DNA from: Bdellovibrionales bacterium
Lineage (GTDB): Bacteria > Bdellovibrionota > Bdellovibrionia > Bdellovibrionales > JAUICD01
Assembly (NCBI GenBank): GCA_965262715.1
Contig: OZ253553.1
Span: forward strand, 1,065,169-1,129,168
DNA: 64,000 bases
Direction of reading: 5' to 3'
The position numbers and the translations under genes were made by a program. Under the pieces are notes generated by a model. The model was given only the letters and a program-made list of their open reading frames with translations. It had not been told where the DNA came from and did not search any database. Positions 56,786 through 64,000 of the stretch are shown here, piece after piece (within the stretch, counting starts at the first letter, position 1; every line of letters starts with the position of its first letter).

Positions 56786-57531
56786 AAAAATCTCTTTTAA
56801 AGCAACAAAAGCAATTTTTATCTCAAGTTATCGATAATACAAAAGTTACAAAAGACATCATAGGAGCTACAAGTCTTTCTGGAAAGCAAGCTATATCTAT
56901 CTATCAAGAAGCTTATTTTGCTCGATTACAAGAAGTCTTGTCAGAAAAGTACGAAAGCATTCGACATATCTTAGGAGATGATAAATTTTACAATATCTCT
57001 CAAAAATATATCAAACAGAATAAGTCTACAGACTACAACTTAGAAAATTATGGTAAAGGATTTAGCAGTTTTTTAAAAAAAGAGCAAAAAATAAAAAAAG
57101 ATTTCCCTTTTTTAATAGGCTTAAGCGAATTTGAAAATCTTATGGATCAAGTTTTTCATGCCCCAACAGAAAAACTTAAAAAATACAATGAGAAAACATT
57201 TCCAAAACTTAAAGGAACATCCCGTTTTAAGTTAGCTTCTTATGTAAAGCTACCTATTTTTCAATACAATATTTATGATATTTGGAAAGCCACTCAAGAA
57301 AATTCTCAAATTGATATTCTATCAATAACTCAATATTTGCTCATTTCTAAAAACAAAAATACTGTTTTTGTTCGAGAAATTGACGGGCTCACATCACATA
57401 TCCTTAAAAGTTCTTTAAAAGGACAAAACCTATCTGAAATTATGAATAGCTATAGAAATATAACCTTTAATGATTTACTATCAAGCTTAGAAAATATTCT
57501 TGATTCTTATATCTTGGTTAAAGTTATTTAG
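56782..57531 (+). CDS. DUF2063-family MNIO partner protein (MbnC/BufC-like)
   Basis: 249-aa ORF with a 4-bp overlap onto the MNIO gene; the N-terminal QQKQFLSQVID...ISIYQEAYFARLQEVL...LGDDKFYNISQKYI pattern is typical of DUF2063. Confidence 0.75.
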   Translation: MKKSLLKQQKQFLSQVIDNTKVTKDIIGATSLSGKQAISIYQEAYFARLQEVLSEKYESIRHILGDDKFYNISQKYIKQNKSTDYNLENYGKGFSSFLKKEQKIKKDFPFLIGLSEFENLMDQVFHAPTEKLKKYNEKTFPKLKGTSRFKLASYVKLPIFQYNIYDIWKATQENSQIDILSITQYLLISKNKNTVFVREIDGLTSHILKSSLKGQNLSEIMNSYRNITFNDLLSSLENILDSYILVKVI

Positions 57532-57543
57532 AACTTCTTTTAT

Positions 57544-58140
57544 TTAAAACCTTTGAGATAACTTAGAAATTTCTTTTTTATTAATGGAGCGATTTTGGAT
57601 AAGGTGCTTTTTGTTGAAAATTTGTGGAGAATATTTTTGTTTACTCTCTATTGTTGCTCCTTCCTCTAGGCAATGAGAACAAATACCATAAAGCTCCATC
57701 AAATGATCCGTTAATTTAAATCCAAAATTTAAAGCTACCTGTTGTTGCAGTCTTTCAATACTTTTATTTTCAAACTCATAAATGGTGTGACAGTTTAGAC
57801 AAGTTAAATGGTCATGATGCTGTTGATTTGCCCATTCATACCTAGCCGGCAGTCCTCCTATACGAATTTCTGTAATATAACCACTTTTTGCTAAGTCCCT
57901 TAAAAAACGATATACTGTGGCAAAACCTATTTCTAAGTCCTCTGCATTCTCTTTTTTTAAGTCCTCAAAAATCACTTTGGCAGAAAAATGATTACCTCTT
58001 TTTAAAAGTGCATGCAATATTGCAAGACGTTGTTTCGTAACCTTTAATCCTAAACTTCTGATAATCTCTGTGATCTCTCTTGATATTTTTTGATCTTTAT
58101 TCGATCTTCTTGGTAAAACCATAAAATCTGATAGAGACAT
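57544..58140 (-). CDS. Fur-family metalloregulator with N- and C-terminal extensions
   Basis: 198-aa ORF; LKVTKQRLAILHAL (wHTH), HHDHLTCLNC...CSHC metal-site motifs; about 45 extra C-terminal residues. Confidence 0.85.
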   Translation of the reverse strand: MSLSDFMVLPRRSNKDQKISREITEIIRSLGLKVTKQRLAILHALLKRGNHFSAKVIFEDLKKENAEDLEIGFATVYRFLRDLAKSGYITEIRIGGLPARYEWANQQHHDHLTCLNCHTIYEFENKSIERLQQQVALNFGFKLTDHLMELYGICSHCLEEGATIESKQKYSPQIFNKKHLIQNRSINKKEISKLSQRF

Positions 58141-58177
58141 AAAATCCCCTTATATTGTCCTCTTATATATCTTTAAA

Positions 58178-58198
58178 TGATAATAATTCTTATTATCA
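58178..58198. promoter_or_regulatory. Fur-box-like 21-bp palindrome upstream of the Fur-family gene
   Basis: TGATAATAATTCTTATTATCA; an AT-rich palindrome close to the GATAATGATAATCATTATC consensus, 38 bp upstream of the start codon. Confidence 0.55.
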
Positions 58199-58386
58199 GA
58201 AAACCCATAGGTCAAGAAGATTCATTCATATAATTTTTATGAGTCAATACAGGTGCTTTTATCTTCTTGCAGTGCATTGAAACTGCTTTTTAAAGTGCGT
58301 GTTGGGTACTTTTGATTTTCTTGGACATTTAACCGACCTTAAGCAATCTTTATAATTTTTAAGAGATTTGTTGTTGTATCTATAAT

Positions 58387-58758
58387 CTATAATTGACGAA
58401 AATCTTTAATTTCTACAAGAGGATCTTCCCCTTTGTAAAAGTAATTGATCACATCTATCCATGTCCAAGGCTCATGAATATTATTTGGAACTTTAGCCCC
58501 TTCCGTAGGACGATTATCATTTGAAGCAGGCCAACCATATTGAGTTAAATAATTGGCTGCATGTTGAGGCATCCCATAACCATGATTATTTATGATTCTT
58601 CTACGACGAATTACCTCAGAATATCTGTTACCGAAGCTTGGTAATGTAATTTTGATTTTCGGATTGGTTGCCTCACAATCCCTCCCTTGCTTATCATTAA
58701 AAAAAGCCAAAATTTTCAATGAATTTACGAAACAAAAGAGGGAATCATGAGTTACCAT
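58387..58758 (-). CDS. hypothetical protein (possibly a gene fragment)
   Basis: 123-aa ORF; no recognised motif; abuts IS-disrupted DNA. Confidence 0.35.
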   Translation of the reverse strand: MVTHDSLFCFVNSLKILAFFNDKQGRDCEATNPKIKITLPSFGNRYSEVIRRRRIINNHGYGMPQHAANYLTQYGWPASNDNRPTEGAKVPNNIHEPWTWIDVINYFYKGEDPLVEIKDFRQL

Positions 58759-58871
58759 AGTATCTTAGAATATATCAATGAATTAGCCAAGTTCTACTTT
58801 GTATCTCAGAAAGCTAAAAAGACTGAGATGCTAAATCATGCTACCGAAATCACCGGACTTCACCGAAAAAC
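58747..58871 (+). pseudogene. N-terminal fragment of an unrelated transposase/integrase-like gene, cut by the IS903-like element
   Basis: MSYHSILEYINELAKFYFVSQKAKKTEMLNHATEITGLHRKTA| resembles the HTH leader (…TGYHRKYA…) of DDE integrase-type transposases; homology ends at the IS terminus at 58872. Confidence 0.45.
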
Positions 58872-60188
58872 GGCCTTGTTGCACAAACATCATTTAGTTT
58901 ATAAGCCAGAGATTTGTGAAAGGCATTTTCCATAGTCCTTAGAGGGCCCCCGTGCCTTGTATTGCTATTATTTTAAGATTTTATTATAGAATAAAATAGT
59001 TTAAGAGATATTTACCCTAAGCCGCTAGCCTAGTCCTATTTCAGAAGTCTTTCACAAATCTCATTCTTAAATTTTTATGCAATAAGATCTTTTATGAGTT
59101 TGATATATCTATTACTTTGATTTTTTGTTTTTAATGATTATAAAATTTACCCATCCCCAACTTTCACAATCACTAAATCAGAAGGAGCTAGAGATGGGTA
59201 AAAATAAAAAAATAAACTGGAGTCTTTATAATAAGTCTCTAGTCAATAGAGGTCAAATCACTTTTTGGTTTTCAGCAAATATCGTCAAATCTTGGTATGC
59301 AAAATGTTCTTCAAAGCAAGGGGGTCAACAAGTTTACTCTGATAAAGCTATTGAAACTCTTAATATATTAAGATTCATATTTGGTTTAAAATTGCGATCT
59401 ACAGAAGGTTTTGCTAAATCCCTAGTTGAACTTATGGGTCTTGATATAGAAATACCTAATTATACAACTCTTTGCAGAAGATTACAGAAGTTATCAGTAA
59501 AACTAGAAAGAAAGCTATCTTCTCACAAGAATCCTCATATTGTCATTGATTCCACAGGTCTTAAAGTTTATGGGGAGGGAGAGTGGAAAGTCCGTCAGCA
59601 TGGGTATTCTAAGAGGAGGACATGGAAGAAGCTACATTTAGCGGTAGATGAGTCAAATTCCCAGATTAAGGCATCTGTTTTGAGTGATAATTCTGTAAAG
59701 GATAATGAGGTTTTTGAAGAGTTATTGACAGGATATGAAGATGAGATAGGCCAAGTTTCAGTTGATGGGGCTTATGACTGTAAGAATTGTTATCAGTTTA
59801 CAAGTGATAGAAGTATAAAATTGGTTGCTCCACCTAGAAAGAATGCTGTGATTAAGAGGCATGGAAATTGTCGGGGATCGCCGCTTCTTAGAGATACTTA
59901 TATTAGAGAAATCAAGAAGATGGGTAGAAAGAAGTGGAAAAAAAAACATAAATATCACAGGAGGTCTATATCAGAAACAGCTATGTATAGATTTAAAACT
60001 TTATTAGGTGATAAATTATCTTCTAGAGAATTTCATCGTCAAGCAAATGAAGTGTTTATTAAATGTAAAATCCTTAATCAGATGATTGTGCCTTCTTCTC
60101 TTTCAGCTTGATAAAAAAATATTAAGTAACAATCTTACTTAAAAAATAAATAAAATAAAAACTATTTAAATCTTTGTGCAACAAGGCC
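58872..60188 (+). mobile_element. IS5-family (IS903-group) insertion sequence
   Basis: Perfect 16-bp terminal inverted repeats: GGCCTTGTTGCACAAA (58872-58887) and TTTGTGCAACAAGGCC (60173-60188). No matching target duplication; unusually long (about 320 bp) left non-coding arm. Confidence 0.75.
59194..60111 (+). CDS. IS5-family (IS903-like) DDE transposase
   Basis: Start MGKNKK after the GAAGGAG RBS. VIDSTGLKVYGEGEWKVRQHGYSKRRTWKKLHLAVD, VSVDGAYD and YHRRSISETAMYRFK closely mirror the IS903 transposase. Confidence 0.9.
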   Translation: MGKNKKINWSLYNKSLVNRGQITFWFSANIVKSWYAKCSSKQGGQQVYSDKAIETLNILRFIFGLKLRSTEGFAKSLVELMGLDIEIPNYTTLCRRLQKLSVKLERKLSSHKNPHIVIDSTGLKVYGEGEWKVRQHGYSKRRTWKKLHLAVDESNSQIKASVLSDNSVKDNEVFEELLTGYEDEIGQVSVDGAYDCKNCYQFTSDRSIKLVAPPRKNAVIKRHGNCRGSPLLRDTYIREIKKMGRKKWKKKHKYHRRSISETAMYRFKTLLGDKLSSREFHRQANEVFIKCKILNQMIVPSSLSA

Positions 60189-60246
60189 TTTTTATACTAT
60201 AAATAAATACTCATAGGCTTATTTTAGATAGAGATATTGGATTTTT

Positions 60247-61158
60247 ATGCAGAAACCTATTCAGATCACTCAAGTTATTGAAGATAGTGCAAAAGAAATT
60301 TATCCTTTTCTTCGCTTTGCTTTTTTTTGGTTATTTTTACTTCTATCTCCCTTTCTACTCAGTAATTTGTTGTTGGTAGCTTTTCCTTCTTTATTTTTGT
60401 TAGAACATGTATTAGTTGTAACTGATGGGTTTGGTTATCTTGTATGGATTATATCAATACCTTACTTGCTACAATGTTTTTACAAAAACAAACCGCCTTC
60501 TTTTATTCAAATCCTTCAGCAACTCAAAGCACATTTTTTCCCAATATTGATTGAGGTATTGAGGATCGCTGGCCGTCTCATTTTTATTGCTTTTCTCCTT
60601 GCAATCATCTTAATTATTCCAGCCTTTATATTTGCTTCCCTTCCTGTGTTTTCCGATCGTCAATTTCTTGCTATTATTTTGAGTCCTATATTTTTTTCAC
60701 TTGTGTTAACAGTCATGTTTGCATTTACTTTTGTGTGGCCACGTTTTTTGTTTATCCCTTTAATTTGTCTATTTAATAAGTCTTATCAAAAAAAACAGAT
60801 TGATGTCCTTGAGTACTCTAAAGTTTTGACTGAAGGCTACAGATCCTCCATCTTTATTTGGATTTTTACTATACTCTTTATTATTAAGTTTCTTAATCTT
60901 TTTCCTTATATCTTGTTTATTCTGCGCTCTCCCCATAGACTTCTCTACCTCGATTTGGAGCTGCCATACGAAGAAATCAGTTCTTTAACCTTAGAAGAGT
61001 GGGTTTTATCATCCTTCTCTTCCTACTTTTTTGTTCCTTTTTCTATTATAGTTTATTATAAGTTCTATATGCTTTTGGAAGGCAGACTTCAAGACTTAGA
61101 CACTGAAGAGCTTAATAAAAAAGAAGGGATAAGTAACTTCTTTAAAGTTCTATTTTAA
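60247..61158 (+). CDS. polytopic membrane protein, function unknown
   Basis: 303-aa ORF with 6 or more hydrophobic helices. Confidence 0.6.
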   Translation: MQKPIQITQVIEDSAKEIYPFLRFAFFWLFLLLSPFLLSNLLLVAFPSLFLLEHVLVVTDGFGYLVWIISIPYLLQCFYKNKPPSFIQILQQLKAHFFPILIEVLRIAGRLIFIAFLLAIILIIPAFIFASLPVFSDRQFLAIILSPIFFSLVLTVMFAFTFVWPRFLFIPLICLFNKSYQKKQIDVLEYSKVLTEGYRSSIFIWIFTILFIIKFLNLFPYILFILRSPHRLLYLDLELPYEEISSLTLEEWVLSSFSSYFFVPFSIIVYYKFYMLLEGRLQDLDTEELNKKEGISNFFKVLF

Positions 61159-61261
61159 ATTTGGTGGATTCAAGTTGTAAGTGCAACTCCTTGCATAGTT
61201 GTTTAAAGGGGGTTAGAGGAATACTCTAATCAATAACTTTACATAACGAAAGGAGTATTCC

Positions 61262-61384
61262 ATGAGTAAGTACACTCATCTAACCCAATATGAGAGATAC
61301 CAAATTTTAGCTTTTTTGAAAAGTGGAAATTCATTACATGAAGACCCTCTGCTGCTAGTAAAAAAGCCTGCCAAAAGACACTAA
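61262..61384 (+). pseudogene. IS30-family transposase N-terminal remnant
   Basis: MSKYTHLTQYERYQILAFLKSGNSL matches the conserved IS30 HTH start (..HLT.EER..I..L...G.S); it diverges and stops after 40 codons. Confidence 0.6.
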
Positions 61385-61678
61385 TGATAACTAATGTATC
61401 TCTAACAAATCAAAAATACAATTTCAATTTCTCTTTAAAAAAAATTCTTTAATCTCTCACAAGATTAAGAAATCCCATTGCATATTAAAAAACAAATAAG
61501 CTTTTATATCTGATTGAAAAGTAGAGTAGAGATAAGATGTTGAATTTATCTCTTTTTTCTGTTTTTTCTTCTGACTTTAAATTACGAGAAGATTGACTAG
61601 GTGATGCCATATCCCTAGTTGCTTTGATAATAGCAAAATACTAAATAACAAACTTAAAAAATAAATGAAAATACAATC

Positions 61679-61815
61679 TACTTAAAGGTTCATGCAATAA
61701 CGGTCTTTCCAATTCAAAATTGAGGGACCATCTTATTTTTAAGAGAGGTACAGCTCTTAGACGTTGTTATTTCAATGATTATTGTTTTTCGGATTGTCAG
61801 TGGAATAATCGTTAA
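61679..61815 (+). pseudogene. fragment of an AbiEii/AbiGii-type nucleotidyltransferase toxin gene
   Basis: HLIFKRGTALRRCYFNDYCFSDC resembles the family motif L.FKGGTAL.KCY...YRFSEDLDF; the upstream part is in another frame with a TGA. Confidence 0.45.
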
Positions 61816-61833
61816 GAAACTGACCTTATCGAT

Positions 61834-62652
61834 TTAGCCATCTGCGAACATGCGCGAGTGGTTAAGTATTGCTGCACCTAGTCCAACGGTTAGAGCATCA
61901 ATAACATCTAAATATTTTTCTCCAGAGTGTTCATTGCAATAGATTTTCTTGATTTCAGTTGGAAGTACCAAAATATCTTCGGGTCTGGCGCAAACGTGAT
62001 GGGCCAAGTACCCTCTTCCAAAAAAGACTTTATTCTCTTCTGTCGTATTAATAATATCTGGTAATTTTATTTTTAAAAGCTGAGATAGCCATTCTTGAAT
62101 TTGATTTCTATATCTCCTAGATAGCTGCTTTGTCCCAACATTAAATACTGGAGCATCCTCCCCGATTCGTTTAAAATTGTAGGAGTGAATATCATAAACG
62201 ACACATTTAGAGAACTTTTGAGTGATTTTTGTTAAAAGCGCATCAAAAATCTTATAAAAGAAAGCGTGTTTTTCTCTGGATACTCTTAAATCGTCTTCGC
62301 TCAATTTTTCTTTCCAAACAGTTTGTCCCCAAGCTTTATCTTCATAAACACACGCATCAGACTTTCTATTGAGATCATATTCATAGCGACTGTCTTTGGC
62401 CACAATCCTAATAGGCATTGAAAAAATAAAATCACCTGTTAAAGGGTCTTCTTCCCTCCACCTCTGAATATCTGTGAGCGCACACTTGCTCTTTAAACTT
62501 TCGCGTAAGTTCGTGCCATGGTGAATGGCAGCGCACACAAAGGGTTGGTATTTATTAATTTCTATAAAAAATGAATTGTCGAAGGATGTACATGAAAAAG
62601 TTCTTTCATTTTCAATGTTTGATAAAATTTCACTGGCCTCAAGTGCTATCAT
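61834..62652 (-). CDS. N-formylglutamate amidohydrolase (FGase)-family protein
   Basis: 272-aa ORF; AAIHHGTNL, EEDPLTG, SRYEYDLNR, VVYDIHSY match the FGase-family metal/active-site pattern. Confidence 0.65.
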   Translation of the reverse strand: MIALEASEILSNIENERTFSCTSFDNSFFIEINKYQPFVCAAIHHGTNLRESLKSKCALTDIQRWREEDPLTGDFIFSMPIRIVAKDSRYEYDLNRKSDACVYEDKAWGQTVWKEKLSEDDLRVSREKHAFFYKIFDALLTKITQKFSKCVVYDIHSYNFKRIGEDAPVFNVGTKQLSRRYRNQIQEWLSQLLKIKLPDIINTTEENKVFFGRGYLAHHVCARPEDILVLPTEIKKIYCNEHSGEKYLDVIDALTVGLGAAILNHSRMFADG

Positions 62653-62673
62653 TTGCCATCCTCTCCAAAATTT

Positions 62674-63714
62674 CTATAATGTTGTCATTTCTCGGTTGTC
62701 GAAACTTCTATGATAATAACTCATATATCGCACCTTGTTTTCAAAAGAATCAATCACCGCATCTGAAAAATTCACTTTCTCAAATTGTTGCGCGCTTCCA
62801 AGACCACCTGGACTAAACACGTTTATTTCCATAAGTTTATTTCCAACAATATCTAGCCCAACTAAGAACATTCCATCTTGAACTAGCTTGGGTCTTACCA
62901 TTTCTGCAAGTTCGAGGTGTTCATCGGTTATAATTGCAGCAGCCTTTTTTCCACCAGCGTGGATATTACTTCGAATATCGTCACCTTGTCGAAGTCGTTG
63001 AAACGCCGCATATTTACCTTTGTGTTTAAGGGGTATTCCATTCATCATAAACAGCCTTATATCGCCCACCGAGGCCGCAGTGAGATACTCTTGGCCAATG
63101 ATATACCCTCCTTTAGACAATGATTCAATAATTTGGTTTAAATTAGACTTGTCGTGTTTGGTTAACTTAAAAACACCAGAACCACCTGATCCTTGCAAGG
63201 GCTTTAGAATGGCTTGACCACCCATTTCATCAATAAAGTCAGTTAACCTTTCACGTTTTCGAGTAATAATGGTTTTTGGTCTAACTTGCTCTGGAAAAGT
63301 CTGGAAATAAGCTTTGTTCATAGCCTTCGAAAGACCGTTTGGATCGTTAAGTACTATAACCCCATGTCTCATGGCGATACGTCCAAAATCTAATCCCGCC
63401 ATTTGTCTCCATAGTTTCTTGTCGTCAGAGGGGTTATTTCTTAACATCAAAATATCTAAGTCATCAACAGTGATATTCTCCGCTCTAGCTTTCGGCCCAT
63501 TAAGATCAGCTAAGTACTGTTCTCCCTTTTTGTAATTTTGTCCTGGGGCCATACGAGCCAAGGCATGTATTTTTTCATCAAGGCCATAGGATAAATCTCC
63601 AACGCCAAAGACCCATGCCTCATGACCTCTTTTCAATGCGCTTATAGCCAATCTTGAGGTGGTGTATCCAGCCCCTTCAGTTATGAAATCGTTGATCAAG
63701 AATCCTACTCTCAT
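62674..63714 (-). CDS. ATP-grasp ligase, glutathione-synthetase/RimK-like
   Basis: 346-aa ORF; pre-ATP-grasp N-domain, ILKPLQGSGGSGVF, GDIRLFMMNG, GLDIVGNKLMEINVFSPGG. Confidence 0.75.
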   Translation of the reverse strand: MRVGFLINDFITEGAGYTTSRLAISALKRGHEAWVFGVGDLSYGLDEKIHALARMAPGQNYKKGEQYLADLNGPKARAENITVDDLDILMLRNNPSDDKKLWRQMAGLDFGRIAMRHGVIVLNDPNGLSKAMNKAYFQTFPEQVRPKTIITRKRERLTDFIDEMGGQAILKPLQGSGGSGVFKLTKHDKSNLNQIIESLSKGGYIIGQEYLTAASVGDIRLFMMNGIPLKHKGKYAAFQRLRQGDDIRSNIHAGGKKAAAIITDEHLELAEMVRPKLVQDGMFLVGLDIVGNKLMEINVFSPGGLGSAQQFEKVNFSDAVIDSFENKVRYMSYYHRSFDNREMTTL

Positions 63715-63725
63715 AGTAATCTCCC

Positions 63726-64000
63726 TTAATTATTGTAAAGGCCTAAGACAGACATGCCTGCCTTTGCTTTCTTTAATCTTTCAATAGCTAAACTATCGTT
63801 TAAAATTCTTGGCCTTAGTGGGGCCGGTTTTAGTATCTTTCTTAATTCAAGCTCTCGAATAATATCAATATGTGAAATGGAAAACTTACCTAGGAAGAAA
63901 GGCTCAAAATCATTACCTTCTTTTAAGTAATCCAATAAATTTATCAATCCTTTTAAGTATACCATGTCTTTTGTAAGACCACCACCTCTAAACACTCGGA
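63726..64000 (-). CDS. C-terminal part of a DUF1704 (MATCAP-type / QEGLA-motif) putative carboxypeptidase; continues beyond the window
   Basis: VFRGGGLTKDMVYLKGLINLLDYLKEGNDFEPFFLGKFSISHIDIIRELELRKILKPAPLRPR matches the conserved C-terminus of DUF1704 proteins; the frame is open to position 64000. Confidence 0.6.
   Translation of the reverse strand, partial: RVFRGGGLTKDMVYLKGLINLLDYLKEGNDFEPFFLGKFSISHIDIIRELELRKILKPAPLRPRILNDSLAIERLKKAKAGMSVLGLYNN

Overview
Visibly AT-rich bacterial chromosome segment from a diderm organism (lgt, lspA, a BamE-like lipoprotein and TolQ/ExbD homologues are present). All family calls come from motifs read by eye; no searches were run.

Housekeeping blocks:
- tRNA-Cys
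- fabD-fabG
- lepA followed by tRNA-Arg(UCU)
- ileS-lspA-lgt
- A TolQ/ExbB + 2x ExbD + giant TPR + AgmX/PglI-tail cluster
- A Fur-family regulator

These are interleaved with heavily rearranged accessory DNA:
- A glycan or envelope-modification island, about 16-30 kb. It carries GT2, two sugar nucleotidyltransferase-like genes, a TylF-type and other methyltransferases, a HAD hydrolase, a class II aldolase, and a GT-C-like membrane domain fused to a uridine-kinase-like P-loop domain.
- Three huge polytopic membrane proteins, two of them paralogues, two with internal duplications.
- Three signal-peptide ankyrin-repeat proteins.
- Two DUF4143 AAA+ ATPases.
- Rpn/PD-(D/E)XK nuclease genes.
- Four IS families: IS256 with an 8-bp TSD, IS3 with an A7 frameshift site, IS5/IS903-group as one full copy plus one truncated nested copy, and an IS30 remnant.
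- Several decayed toxin-antitoxin modules: brnT with an in-frame stop, AbiEi with a 16-codon AbiEii stub, and an AbiEii fragment.

Most unusual observation: a tandem array directly downstream of tRNA-Arg. It has four integrase-less units, each carrying a roughly 105-nt multi-helix element whose helices co-vary between copies. The first three units end in partial tRNA-Arg 3' copies; the fourth is truncated. Further solo or degenerate copies of the element lie at about 25.7, 46.7 and 48.5 kb.

Other leads:
- An MNIO (DUF692)-DUF2063-DoxX module with no visible precursor peptide, next to the Fur gene.
- An ATP-grasp / DUF1704(MATCAP-type) / FGase-like triad at the 3' edge.
- A GC-rich dispersed intergenic repeat family with five copies.
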